DNA of 63,617 nucleotides, the filler included. It is 6 parts of 6 records of this genome, joined end to end, with 100 filler letters (N's around TTAATTAATTAA, not from the genome) between each part and the next. Parts side by side here need not be neighbours in the genome. Positions count along the whole stretch, not along the records: positions 30,734 to 51,406 come from DRR723986_16080; 5 more parts are not named here. One strand, written 5' to 3'. The notes beneath the pieces are model-generated. The model did no database searches. It worked only from the letters and a program-made list of their open reading frames with translations, and was not told the DNA's origin. Position numbers and translations under genes: made by a program. Numbering within the stretch: position 1 is the first letter of the stretch; each line of letters begins with the position of its first letter. Below, in pieces: positions 30,999 through 40,600 of the stretch.

Positions 30999-31466
30999 TC
31001 AATAGTCGAAACAAAAGATCGCACCAAAATACGTACGTTCACAATGTGGGCAGTTCAGCTCAATATCATTCCATATTGGAAGGCAAGCCTCTTCTTGACT
31101 CATGAGTCTGTAGCCATGCTGCGTAAGAATCCGCTTAACAAGCTCTATTTCCTGTGCCCAGTCGCCGGATGGCAAGGTGTCAACATGTTTGGACACTAGT
31201 TCGGACCAGCCTGACGACATTCCATCTACTGCTTCACTGCGAATACTTACGCCGATCGCGGCCAGTGGAACCGCTCCAGAGATGTAAACAGACAGCCCTT
31301 CGTATTCTACAAACCCGCGCCTGCGCGTTACTCCCTTGTCATCTAACTTGCGAATAAAAACGTCAAAATATGAGACCACAAAGGCCTCCTGATATGTAGC
31401 ATTGTAGCTTGACTCAGCTTCAATCAAACGACTGGCGTCCGCAGCATATTCCAGGCTGTTTGTCAA
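30999..31466 (-). CDS. Hypothetical protein
   Basis: 155-aa ORF, TTG start with GAAGG upstream, protein-like composition, C-terminal CPHC. Confidence 0.5.
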   Translation of the reverse strand: MTNSLEYAADASRLIEAESSYNATYQEAFVVSYFDVFIRKLDDKGVTRRRGFVEYEGLSVYISGAVPLAAIGVSIRSEAVDGMSSGWSELVSKHVDTLPSGDWAQEIELVKRILTQHGYRLMSQEEACLPIWNDIELNCPHCERTYFGAIFCFDY

Positions 31467-31664
31467 GTCACCTTCACTAAATGGCGCAAAAATGGCCGAC
31501 AGACTGATAAGCCAGCATCTTTCGCAAATCGCCTTTGTTTAACGAATATTTAACATCCATTCGTCTGAGTCTATCTGTTATTTAAATATTGTGACATTTA
31601 ACAGTCTCTGCCTCTACGATGCCAGCATTCAGTTGTAGTTCACTTAACAATGTGCAAGCTCTCT

Positions 31665-32237
31665 TCAACTGAGTCGCGGCATAGTTACTCCCTTAATCAT
31701 AGCACGGAACTTGTACCTAAACCTGTAGTCGCCAACATAGGCTAAGGCAATTTTTCCTCCCCACTCGATGTTAAACCGGTCCGTCTGCCCCTGACGCGAA
31801 AACTGCATCGTGTGATCTGAGACAGCATCATGCCCTTGCAAATAAATGTGAAAATGAAAGGCATCCCAATCGAACTCTTTTATGTCTGCGTCAATCCGTA
31901 GCTCCACCCCATCCAAATACTCCGCGGAATAGTCTTGCACGCGACACACGCGAAAGGCTCCATGCTCGCTTTCCTCACTTGACAAAATGCAATGAAAAAA
32001 GCTGGTCCACACATAGTGCGCCGCCCAACTTCCGTCGGAGGGATCTTCGTTTTCATTGTCACTCTCTACTTCGTCCTCATCGTATTCTATCTCTCTTTCA
32101 GCCTCATAATTAGCGCTCTCCAGATGCATGCAAAGCCACACATATCCATCAATCACTTTGGCCGTCCACGTAAACTCCTTAATTAGATGCCCTTCCGGCC
32201 AGGGATTATCTATAAAAAATATTCGCCCTGTGTGCAT
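31665..32237 (-). CDS. Conserved hypothetical protein, paralog of 36028-36624
   Basis: Shares NPWPEGH, EF.W.A.V.DG, EREI, HIYL.GHDAV, RQG.TD.F.I.W.GKIA.AY with its paralog; GAGG RBS. Confidence 0.8.
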   Translation of the reverse strand: MHTGRIFFIDNPWPEGHLIKEFTWTAKVIDGYVWLCMHLESANYEAEREIEYDEDEVESDNENEDPSDGSWAAHYVWTSFFHCILSSEESEHGAFRVCRVQDYSAEYLDGVELRIDADIKEFDWDAFHFHIYLQGHDAVSDHTMQFSRQGQTDRFNIEWGGKIALAYVGDYRFRYKFRAMIKGVTMPRLS

Positions 32238-32342
32238 ACTTTGTTCCTCAATTTCTGAAAGCACACAAATTAACATATAGCATACATTTCACAACAATTT
32301 GAAGGTCCTGGAACGCATCAGTTGAATTTGCAGTCGGGGAGC

Positions 32343-32407
32343 GGCGCTTTGAGCCACCTGCTCAGCTACGCTTCACACTTGTCTCAGGCTTGGATGATTT
32401 TCTTGTT
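32343..32407. repeat. Dispersed repeat R1, forward copy
   Basis: 60/65 identical to 36751-36815 by manual alignment. Confidence 0.9.
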
Positions 32408-32626
32408 TTGCACTGATCCACATATTGTAATTGACATCTCAGGCTAACAATAGTTGCTCTTGTCCTCTGTCAGTATTGCTGTCACGACATCTAACAGATT
32501 TGCTAAAACTATATCCGACGAATCTTGTCACATCAGCCAACTGCATGACCAAATACGACTCCTAGATTGTTGTCACGACAGCAAAAAAGCATAAAAGCGC
32601 GTATATTGGTGATTGTTGACACAACA

Positions 32627-32688
32627 ACAAACAAAAGTAAGAGCAAGCTACATGGAGCAACGCAGTGCGGAGGGGAGCGAAGTGCTCA
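32627..32688. repeat. Dispersed repeat R1', copy similar to 37096-37157
   Basis: Shared ACAAACAAAA..AGCAAGC.ACATGGAGCA...TGCG.A.GGG.GCG.AG.GCTCA. Confidence 0.7.
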
Positions 32689-32903
32689 AGCAACAAGCCC
32701 GTACAGTGTAGAAAAACGGCCAATACTTGCAAAAAAGCGCATTTTTGGCTATATACTGTCGTTGCATTAGCCAGTGCATTTGCAGCACAGCACTTCCATT
32801 GACGCCTATACTTTACAGACTCTGATTTCTTCGAAACCCGTAGCACTTCGTCTTTTCCCCCAGTTGACAAGGCTACCACATTACCCGAAATGTTGCGTTG
32901 CAC

Positions 32904-35900
32904 ATGCCCAGCAGCCGAAATAGTCAATTCATAGTTTTGCGAGTCCTATTAGCACTGTTATTGTTAAGTCTGCCAGACATGCCGGTGCATGCTGAAGACG
33001 TAGTCACGCGCCAGTACACCTTACGCGATGGACTGCCGCATTCAAATGTTTTCAGACTTTTGCAGGACAAGGATGGTTTCATCTGGGCCGGAACTGAAAA
33101 TGGTCTATGCCGCTTTGACGGTAAACGGTTTATCAAATTCGATGATTATGCGCCCGTCAAGGGCAAAGCGATTTTGGGGTTGATACAAAGTAGCGACGAT
33201 GCAATTTGGGTTAATACTTATGACGGTAGAATGCACCGTTTTATGAACGGGCTACTATCCGAGATTATCCCCGAGCAGGGGCAATTTTCTGCAGTCTCTA
33301 TCGATACCAAACAAGATTTGCGCGGCCGGATATGGTCGATACATCACCCCTACGTCACAGTCTATGACAAGGGGCGCGTTGATAACATTTCCTTGAACGA
33401 CTATTTGAAACATTTGCCGCGTGGCAAACCGGTGATTAAGACCGTGTTTCCACTGCATGCGGACACTGTCCTGATAGGAACTGTTGAAGGGCTTTTCAGT
33501 TTCACGGATGATGGCTTAACTTTGGTTAAGGGGTCCGAAGGGCACGCAGTCTGGAGCCTACGGCCTGGCAACGACAATAACCTCTTGCTTGCCTGTACAG
33601 GTGCGATTCTGGAATATGTTAATGGAGAAGTGGTTCCGTACTTTGCACACGAAGAGTTAGAAGGCAAGAAACTCCAGCAATTGGAACAAAAAGACTCGAA
33701 ATCGTTCTGGATCGCGGGGGAGGGGTTTGGGCCATATACACTTTGGACCAGCCCTGAGTTAACACTTGACACCAGTACCAAGTTCGTAGACAACCAGATT
33801 AACGACATCATGGTAGACACCAGGAGCGGAGTCTGGTTCGCCACGTATGGCAATGGCATCTTTTACCAGACAAGTAGTCCTATCGTTAATTTTTCCGGCA
33901 AGAATGGATTAAAAGCAGGATATACAACCGGCCTGACCGAAGATGCCGATAATAATATGCTGGCCGCCACAATTCATGGCCTTAGCCGACTGGATGTAGA
34001 TGCACATGCAGCCACTTCAATTCCACTCACGACCGGAGTTAACAATAACTCAACTGTTACCTGGGTTGATGCGCTCTGCAAGGACTCGAATGCGACAGTA
34101 TGGGTCAGCGTCCAGCCAGGAAGTGTGTTGCATTACATGGACTCGATAGAGTTGCACAACAACTACGGCGGCAGCTACCCCAGTAGAGATAAGGATAAAT
34201 TCACAATAGAGGTCATGGATAAAACATCTGACCAACAGGATGGCGACTATATAGCGACTTTGCCCCTTGAACTTTTTACAACTTCGAAAGGTGATATACT
34301 TGCAAGTTTCTGGAAAGGTGTTGTCTCTCTCAGTAACAATACCGTTACCCCCATGTTTAACGATGCGCGGCTGGATGATGCCATAGTTCAGTGTTTTGCA
34401 GAAGATTCAACGGGCGGAATTTGGGTCGGCACCAAAAACGGCCTCTTTGGATTTAACAATGGGGCGGCCAAATTCTACGACCGTAGTAATGGCCTACCCG
34501 ATGACAGAGTCCGTGCGGTAGCATTCGACAAACAAGGTAACACCTGGGTAGCAACAGATGCTGGCATTGCCGTAAAAACAGCGGAAGGCTGGAAGTACTT
34601 TGATGAAAGTAGCGGAATCACACACAACTTGTGTACTTCACTCGCCATTGACAATGATGGCACTATTTGGGTCGGCACGCAATACGGACTTAACTATATT
34701 ATTGGCGACAATGTGTTTTCACTGGATCAAAACCGTGGCCTTGTATCGAATGAAATTTCAAAACTGTTAATTGATTCACGCGGCCATGTTTGGGCAGGCA
34801 CCTCTGCCGGCGTCTCCAGCTTTGACCCAAGGACTTTCAGTTTTGCGACAATCCTGCCCCCGCTTACGTTCATTACGAGTATTGAAACTGTGCGTGGCGT
34901 TGATTTTGCGCCTGGCCATATCGTTTTACCGCATGACTCCTCCCAAATTCGAATTCAATACGCCAGCCTGGAATACGAATTTCCGGAAGGCGTAGAGTTT
35001 CAATATAAACTCGAAAATGGTGGCGAGGCTCGCTGGAGCACAACCGATGCCTGGGAACGCGAATACCCCAATCTGGCTCCCGGTGAATATCGCTTCCACG
35101 TGCGCTCACGCGTTGGTTCCGGCCCATGGAGTCCGGAGGCAACTCCCGTTAGAATCTCCGTGCAGCCTGCCTACTGGCAAACCTTGACGTTCCAGCTAGC
35201 GATGTTGTCACTCGGCATGTTAATTACGGGCCTGGTGTTTATGCGCGTGACCCGCAGACGGCAAAAGGCACGCGACGAAAAATCAGCCCTGCACGTTTCG
35301 ATTGCGTCGCTACAGCAGCAGGCATTAAACTTAACAGTCAACCCACACTTCTTGTTTAACGCTTTAACGTCGATTCAGAATTTCTTTAACACGGACAACA
35401 ACACCTACCGCGCAAATCTGTATTTATCCAAATTCTCCAAACTCGTGCGCCAGGTGCTCGACGACTCCCACAGGGAACAGATTTCACTGGAAGATGAAGT
35501 CGAGCGGCTCTCACTTTACCTGGAACTGGAGAAAATGCGCCTGGGCAACAACTTTGAATGGTATATCGACTTTAAGTCGGAATTGGACCCAGGTGAAATT
35601 AAGATTCCGGTAATGATCATTCAGCCATATGTAGAAAACGCAATCTGGCATGGCATCTACCCATTAAACGGCGAAGGTGAGATCCGCATTCGCATAGAGG
35701 ATGATGGTGAGGATCGCATTCGAATTCAAATCATCGATAATGGCATTGGCATGCATCGCAGCCGCAAGGATCAGGATCCGCAGCATGTTAACCGCAGCTC
35801 CTACGGCCTGAGCGTCACAAAAAAACGGATTGAGTTACACAGCAAAACCGGCAAGGGCAAAATTGCGGTTAATCTTTCGGAGGCTTACCCAGACAATGCG

Positions 35901-35942
35901 GAGCGTCCGGGGACTGTGGTGGATATTTCGCTTGTGATTTGA
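32904..35942 (+). CDS. LytS-type sensor histidine kinase with periplasmic beta-propeller (Reg_prop) and Y_Y_Y domain
   Basis: Signal peptide, repeated D..G.IW.GT..GL blades, YPNLAPGEYRFHV, PAYWQT plus TM, NPHFLFNAL, QPYVENAIWHG, DNGIG. Confidence 0.92.
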   Translation: MPSSRNSQFIVLRVLLALLLLSLPDMPVHAEDVVTRQYTLRDGLPHSNVFRLLQDKDGFIWAGTENGLCRFDGKRFIKFDDYAPVKGKAILGLIQSSDDAIWVNTYDGRMHRFMNGLLSEIIPEQGQFSAVSIDTKQDLRGRIWSIHHPYVTVYDKGRVDNISLNDYLKHLPRGKPVIKTVFPLHADTVLIGTVEGLFSFTDDGLTLVKGSEGHAVWSLRPGNDNNLLLACTGAILEYVNGEVVPYFAHEELEGKKLQQLEQKDSKSFWIAGEGFGPYTLWTSPELTLDTSTKFVDNQINDIMVDTRSGVWFATYGNGIFYQTSSPIVNFSGKNGLKAGYTTGLTEDADNNMLAATIHGLSRLDVDAHAATSIPLTTGVNNNSTVTWVDALCKDSNATVWVSVQPGSVLHYMDSIELHNNYGGSYPSRDKDKFTIEVMDKTSDQQDGDYIATLPLELFTTSKGDILASFWKGVVSLSNNTVTPMFNDARLDDAIVQCFAEDSTGGIWVGTKNGLFGFNNGAAKFYDRSNGLPDDRVRAVAFDKQGNTWVATDAGIAVKTAEGWKYFDESSGITHNLCTSLAIDNDGTIWVGTQYGLNYIIGDNVFSLDQNRGLVSNEISKLLIDSRGHVWAGTSAGVSSFDPRTFSFATILPPLTFITSIETVRGVDFAPGHIVLPHDSSQIRIQYASLEYEFPEGVEFQYKLENGGEARWSTTDAWEREYPNLAPGEYRFHVRSRVGSGPWSPEATPVRISVQPAYWQTLTFQLAMLSLGMLITGLVFMRVTRRRQKARDEKSALHVSIASLQQQALNLTVNPHFLFNALTSIQNFFNTDNNTYRANLYLSKFSKLVRQVLDDSHREQISLEDEVERLSLYLELEKMRLGNNFEWYIDFKSELDPGEIKIPVMIIQPYVENAIWHGIYPLNGEGEIRIRIEDDGEDRIRIQIIDNGIGMHRSRKDQDPQHVNRSSYGLSVTKKRIELHSKTGKGKIAVNLSEAYPDNAERPGTVVDISLVI

Positions 35943-35949
35943 GGCTGTT

Positions 35950-36002
35950 GGCTAAATGCCGCAAGCTGTTAGCCTTAGGCTAACAGCTTGCGGCATTTAG
36001 CC
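35950..36002. repeat. Perfect 26-bp inverted repeat with 1-nt spacer (R2 family), between convergent genes
   Basis: GGCTAAATGCCGCAAGCTGTTAGCCT-T-AGGCTAACAGCTTGCGGCATTTAGCC. Confidence 0.95.
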
Positions 36003-36027
36003 CTTAAAACAGACTCCCCCCATCAAC

Positions 36028-36624
36028 TCACCAGAACTTCCACCACTTTCGGCATTTAACATGCGGAAACTGCGCACCTTCTATTCGTGCTGAAAACTCA
36101 TGCACGTATTCACTTTGGCCGATGTATGCCATCGCTATTTTCCCACGCCAGTCGATTGTAAACATGTCGGTCTCACCCTGTCGTTTGAAGCTAATGTTGT
36201 GGTAGGCCACAGCGTCATGACCAAGTAGATAAATGTGAAAAGCACGTCCACTCCAGTCGTCAATGTGGCCCGGCTGTATGTCAACTTTGGCTTGTTTACC
36301 GTCAAGAAATTCCGGCGAATAATCACGCAAACGGCAAACCATAAATCCTCCCTGATGCCATTCGCTTGAAGACATAATGCATCTGTGATAATTGTACCAT
36401 ACTCCGGCGTGGTACCAATCGCGCGCGTATCCAGTTTCACCACGTGTATCAACATATTCATCGTATTCATCGTCAATCTCGCGTTCAGAGTAATAGTCGC
36501 TGGTGGTAAGATGCATATCAAACCACACTTTCCCGTCAACGACTCTTGCGGACCACTTAAACTCATCGATTGGATGCCCTTCCGGCCAGGGATTATTTTT
36601 GAAGTAAATTCGGTTTGGCTTCAT
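36028..36624 (-). CDS. Conserved hypothetical protein, paralog of 31665-32237
   Basis: Same motifs as the paralog, plus a C-terminal RKWWKFW tail. Confidence 0.8.
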   Translation of the reverse strand: MKPNRIYFKNNPWPEGHPIDEFKWSARVVDGKVWFDMHLTTSDYYSEREIDDEYDEYVDTRGETGYARDWYHAGVWYNYHRCIMSSSEWHQGGFMVCRLRDYSPEFLDGKQAKVDIQPGHIDDWSGRAFHIYLLGHDAVAYHNISFKRQGETDMFTIDWRGKIAMAYIGQSEYVHEFSARIEGAQFPHVKCRKWWKFW

Positions 36625-36750
36625 GTTGTATTTTGCATCAGTTTGTTTAACTGCAAATTCCAGGTCAGCTTATTGTCAATACAATGACGCAGAAGCGTTT
36701 GAATAATTAATGGCTGACAGCCGATTGGCAGAGCTCTGCAAACTCCAATT

Positions 36751-36815
36751 GGCGCTTTGAGCCACCTGCTCCGCTGCGCTTCACATTCGTCTCAGGCTTG
36801 GGTGATTTTCTTGTT
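36751..36815. repeat. Dispersed repeat R1, forward copy
   Basis: 60/65 identical to 32343-32407. Confidence 0.9.
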
Positions 36816-36852
36816 AGTCGTAGATTTTGAAGCATTTGTGGCACGATTCTCC

Positions 36853-36918
36853 CACTAGCTGTGAGCCACAGACTCACAGCTAGTGCGAAAACTTTTGATT
36901 CAATATTTTGTCCGCTCA
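36853..36918. repeat. Palindromic repeat family R2 copy (13-bp stem plus tail)
   Basis: CACTAGCTGTGAG-CCACAGA-CTCACAGCTAGTG followed by AAAACTTTTGATTCAATATTTTGTCCGCTCA. Confidence 0.8.
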
Positions 36919-37095
36919 TCATCTGAGACTGCCCGCTGGAAGTCTTTGCGCTTACGATTATCCGAATTTCCTTGTGTCTCTAACATTTCTGACTTCTTCC
37001 GCTTGCAACAACGTTCCGAATCTCAATGACTGTGATTTCAAAAGTGTCAAGCGAAGAGACTTTAGACCCTTTGACTTGAATCCTCAAACTCAGTG

Positions 37096-37157
37096 ACAAA
37101 CAAAAATACACAGCAAGCCACATGGAGCATCTTAATGCGAAAGGGGCGCAGCGCTCA
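37096..37157. repeat. Dispersed repeat R1' copy
   Basis: Similar to 32627-32688. Its reverse complement GAGCGCTGCGCCCCTTTC recurs at the contig end (51373-51391). Confidence 0.7.
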
Positions 37158-37413
37158 GGAGTGAAACAATGCACGTTTATCGCGTCCGGAACTATCGGCA
37201 ACACCCTGATGAACTGATTCACCAAACTGAGAATGATTACTTTAGCGCCGTTTTCACGATGGATTAAACATATTGGCATTGGCTTTAGGCTACGGGCTTG
37301 TAGAGCAGCCCAGCTTGTTGAGGTGACAGCAAAGGCATTGTGATTAACCACCGCACCGCGGGCGGCGGAGTCACGTGGCAGGAGATTCGCTTAGTTTGCA
37401 CGGCGCTTAAAGT

Positions 37414-38976
37414 TCACTTAAATAGCTCTCGACGATCAACTCCCTGGCTGGCCTGCATCTTGTCGGCGTATATTTTGTTAATTGCTTTGAGTTGCAGTTT
37501 GCTTTCCAGCCAGAAAATCAATTCGATTAAGCCCAGGGGGTCCTGCTCATCATCATCGTGCAGATGTTTAATCAGGGTCTCTTGCAGTTTTCCGAGTACT
37601 TTTGAGCGTGCAGCAGAGTCGGCAGCATTTAACAATCGCCGTATTGCGGCAAGCACCGTTTTTTCATAACCGTCCTGACGTTCACGGCTGTTAAGGTAAC
37701 GTTGTGTTACGCGCACCAGATTCTCCAGGGTTGTATAGTCGCCCAGTTCGTAGTGAATCACCAGGCGAAACAACCAGGTAAAGTCCTGAATATCGCGTTT
37801 GGGCTCGGCATCCTGCACGCCAAAGATATGGTTAATATGTTCAAGCGCAGCGCCGTAGTCACCGCACAGGAAACAAATGGTGCTGCAATTGTAGTGCAGG
37901 TTAATCAGGCGGTCCGGACGCAGACGCCCCAGGTATTTGGGTAGTGCCGCCTCAAATTCAGCCACACGCGCACGTGCCGTCTGCAGCTCACCATTGTTTA
38001 AATAGAATATCAATTCCAGATAACTGACAACACTGAAGACTGTGGCAGCCGCTTCGATTGAAGCTGACGGCATAGCTTTAATCTTGGGCAGGGTTTCTGT
38101 AAAATCGTCAAACGCTCTGGTCGCGATAGCACTACTCAGGAAATTAGTTAAGTAGCGTTTGTAGTTATCGGGATCACTTTTGATTTGGGCCGGATGCGCC
38201 TCCCACGTTGCAATAGCCTGCCGATACCACTGCATGGCGGCAGTCGGCTGACCACTAAACCAGTCCGAGTTTCCACGGATTTGGAGCACGTGTAGGCGCG
38301 CATGGAACGGCAATTCTTCGATCTGTGCATTTAACATTTCCGAAGACAAGATTTCTTTTAGTTCGGCCTGCGCACTCTGATCTTGCAGACGCACATGACT
38401 GCGATGTGCCTCCTGCACCTGATCGGCAAGTTCTTCATAACGAATTGTTAAAGCAAACTGCTCCAGGACTTGAATTTGTTCATTGTGAAACTGGCGCAGC
38501 GCCTGCTGAAAATTGCTGGAAGTACGCCGTAAAAGCAGTTTACGTTCCCAGGCCAGGACCTCGGCAAGTGTAATAAACCGTTCGACGGCTTCGGCTTTGC
38601 GGCGCGCGCGTTTAACGATTTTGGCACACTGTTTATAAAGACCCTTGTTATACAGAATTTCGATATGCGCCAGGGCACTGCGCAGCTCAGCATCAACTGA
38701 TTTTTCGCGATGGAAAAGCGCCAGGCTGTTAAGTAGTTGTTTGTACAGCTCGTATTTAATCGATGCCAGTTGGTTTGCGCTTGGTGGCGTCACAAATGCA
38801 GCCCTAAGTTCGGTATCACTGCTCGCCACGGCACGGCGTTCATAGGCATTAAACAGTTCGAGGAGTTTGTGTTCTCCTTTGTTTTTGGTGTAGGCCTGTG
38901 CCTGCAGTTTATAGTAGCGTTTCTCCTGCGCAGTCATCGCCTTAATCAGGTCAAACACATCGTTTGTTACAGCCAT
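37414..38976 (-). CDS. All-helical/TPR-like conserved hypothetical protein (Bacteroidota-type family)
   Basis: N-terminal FDLIKAMT..EKRYYK, KYELY..LL.SL, ILYNKGLY and C-terminal LVIHYELG, a pattern I recognise from uncharacterised ~500-aa Bacteroidota proteins. Confidence 0.7.
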   Translation of the reverse strand: MAVTNDVFDLIKAMTAQEKRYYKLQAQAYTKNKGEHKLLELFNAYERRAVASSDTELRAAFVTPPSANQLASIKYELYKQLLNSLALFHREKSVDAELRSALAHIEILYNKGLYKQCAKIVKRARRKAEAVERFITLAEVLAWERKLLLRRTSSNFQQALRQFHNEQIQVLEQFALTIRYEELADQVQEAHRSHVRLQDQSAQAELKEILSSEMLNAQIEELPFHARLHVLQIRGNSDWFSGQPTAAMQWYRQAIATWEAHPAQIKSDPDNYKRYLTNFLSSAIATRAFDDFTETLPKIKAMPSASIEAAATVFSVVSYLELIFYLNNGELQTARARVAEFEAALPKYLGRLRPDRLINLHYNCSTICFLCGDYGAALEHINHIFGVQDAEPKRDIQDFTWLFRLVIHYELGDYTTLENLVRVTQRYLNSRERQDGYEKTVLAAIRRLLNAADSAARSKVLGKLQETLIKHLHDDDEQDPLGLIELIFWLESKLQLKAINKIYADKMQASQGVDRRELFK

Positions 38977-39406
38977 TTTTGTGTTGTTTGTTGGTGGAAT
39001 GAAGGCCGTCCGGCATGCTTACGCCTGGCCTCCCCCTAGCATGATTATTTTGTTTGGCATCGATTCAGCAGCCTCAGGAACTTGATTGAGAATCCCTTTT
39101 GCCGCACAGGCCCGAGCCTCAAATATTCGATTACAGCCTCGAATCGCCGATTTATGGGCCAGGCACCCAACAAGTTATCAAATTCTCAGTGATTGGAAAC
39201 TTGATAGGCTGAGAACTTTGGTGTTTCATGGCCGCTGCAACACAACTAGATTGCATCCCAACGAACAAGTCGTTGAATTGCGGCCGGCTCCGGGAATCCA
39301 GTCATTGTGATGACAGCAATTAATCGTTGCGGTGACAGTACAGTATCGGTCGCGCATTCAGAGATTACGATCTTTATCATTCATTGAATCATTGTGGAGA
39401 TGAGTC

Positions 39407-39829
39407 ATGCAATCAAGTTCACTTAACAAAAACGATGCTCTCAAGAATACTCCGTCTGTTTACATCGGTGTAAGCCTTCCGCTGTCCGCTCAACTACATT
39501 CAACTGTTGGACCTGCGATTGAGGGCAAGCGCATTGTATCGCTGCATGTATTTTTGAACAGTCGCCCAAACTTCCAGGCTTATGAGCTCGGTACTTTTAA
39601 CATGACGCCCAATGGCGCCAGCGAGACTGTTGTATTCAGCCCCAGCATTCCCACTCCGAACGCCATCGGCGAATTCATGGCCAACCAGTTAAGCGGCAAC
39701 CTGACTGTTGCGCTGAAGGAAAGTAATGACAGAGTGTGGATTGAAGCCGCTGGAGGATTAAACACGAGCTGGACTCTCGGCGCAGTGGACATGGAGTTGT
39801 TGGACCCGCCACTGGTGAAACTTCCATAA
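39407..39829 (+). CDS. Hypothetical protein (beta-rich, 140 aa)
   Basis: GGAG RBS, ATG start, protein-like composition. Confidence 0.65.
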   Translation: MQSSSLNKNDALKNTPSVYIGVSLPLSAQLHSTVGPAIEGKRIVSLHVFLNSRPNFQAYELGTFNMTPNGASETVVFSPSIPTPNAIGEFMANQLSGNLTVALKESNDRVWIEAAGGLNTSWTLGAVDMELLDPPLVKLP

Positions 39830-40099
39830 GTCCATCGCACAGGATTTAACATTCTGAATCCAGAACACTGGATTCAAATACACTGGAAGAATTGAGCTCT
39901 GGCAGCTCATCTCCACCCGCGGACACATATTAAGGTGCACGGTATGTGTCCGCGGAATGTTTTCACTCTGTTTAATAGCTGCAATCAAGCGGCATATCAA
40001 CAGTATTACTTGCTAACAATTTTGATTCCATCTGCCATTTCGATGGTGGAGGCAACCCTATTTGTCTTTTTTTTACTTTAACATGTATAGGAGCTTAAC

Positions 40100-40483
40100 A
40101 TGTCTATTCCTGCAACGGGTACATATTTGGCCGACGACGGCGCATTCAAGATTCAGATCGACACAGTAGATTCCGGCAAAGGCAAGATCACTGGCGTTTA
40201 TGAAGCGCAGAACAGCCCAATTGGTTTGTTCAAAGACAGTGGCGATATCGGAAACTTCAACTGGGTATTTAGCGATGCGGCCGGTAGAGATGGAGTCGCT
40301 CCGTTCACAATACGTTTTGTTACCAGCGCGCGCCCTGCCGACCGCAAGTATTCGATTATCGACTTGTGGACCGGTTACTACACGCCTAACAACAGCATGG
40401 TTCTCTCCGGCGTACGCGCCTTTGTCAACAGCGAAGGCGCCACTGAGTCCGTCTCGCTCGGCACACATACATTCGACAGATAG
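40100..40483 (+). CDS. Hypothetical protein, possible avidin/streptavidin-like beta-barrel
   Basis: AGGAG RBS; 127 aa; pattern GTY...I..V...G.ITGVY, WTGYY and C-terminal LGTHTFDR. Confidence 0.7.
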   Translation: MSIPATGTYLADDGAFKIQIDTVDSGKGKITGVYEAQNSPIGLFKDSGDIGNFNWVFSDAAGRDGVAPFTIRFVTSARPADRKYSIIDLWTGYYTPNNSMVLSGVRAFVNSEGATESVSLGTHTFDR

Positions 40484-40546
40484 ATACCACTCAACTCCTC
40501 AGCGGGCCCACTGAGTGAGTACTGGATTTGGTATCGGTAAAATTCA

Positions 40547-40576
40547 CAGCCCTGCAGATGACGATCTGTGGGGTTG
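40547..40576. terminator. Hairpin between convergent genes
   Basis: CAGCCCTGCAGAT-GACG-ATCTGTGGGGTTG; no clear T-run. Confidence 0.45.
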
Positions 40577-40600
40577 GTGTGTGGAGGGGGGATTGAAGGT

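Noticed and set aside
35968..35984. GTTAGCC/GGCTAAC resembling integron attC core sites
   Set aside because: Order is reversed relative to attC (RYYYAAC first, GTTRRRY last), there are no extrahelical bases, and no integrase or cassette array is visible.
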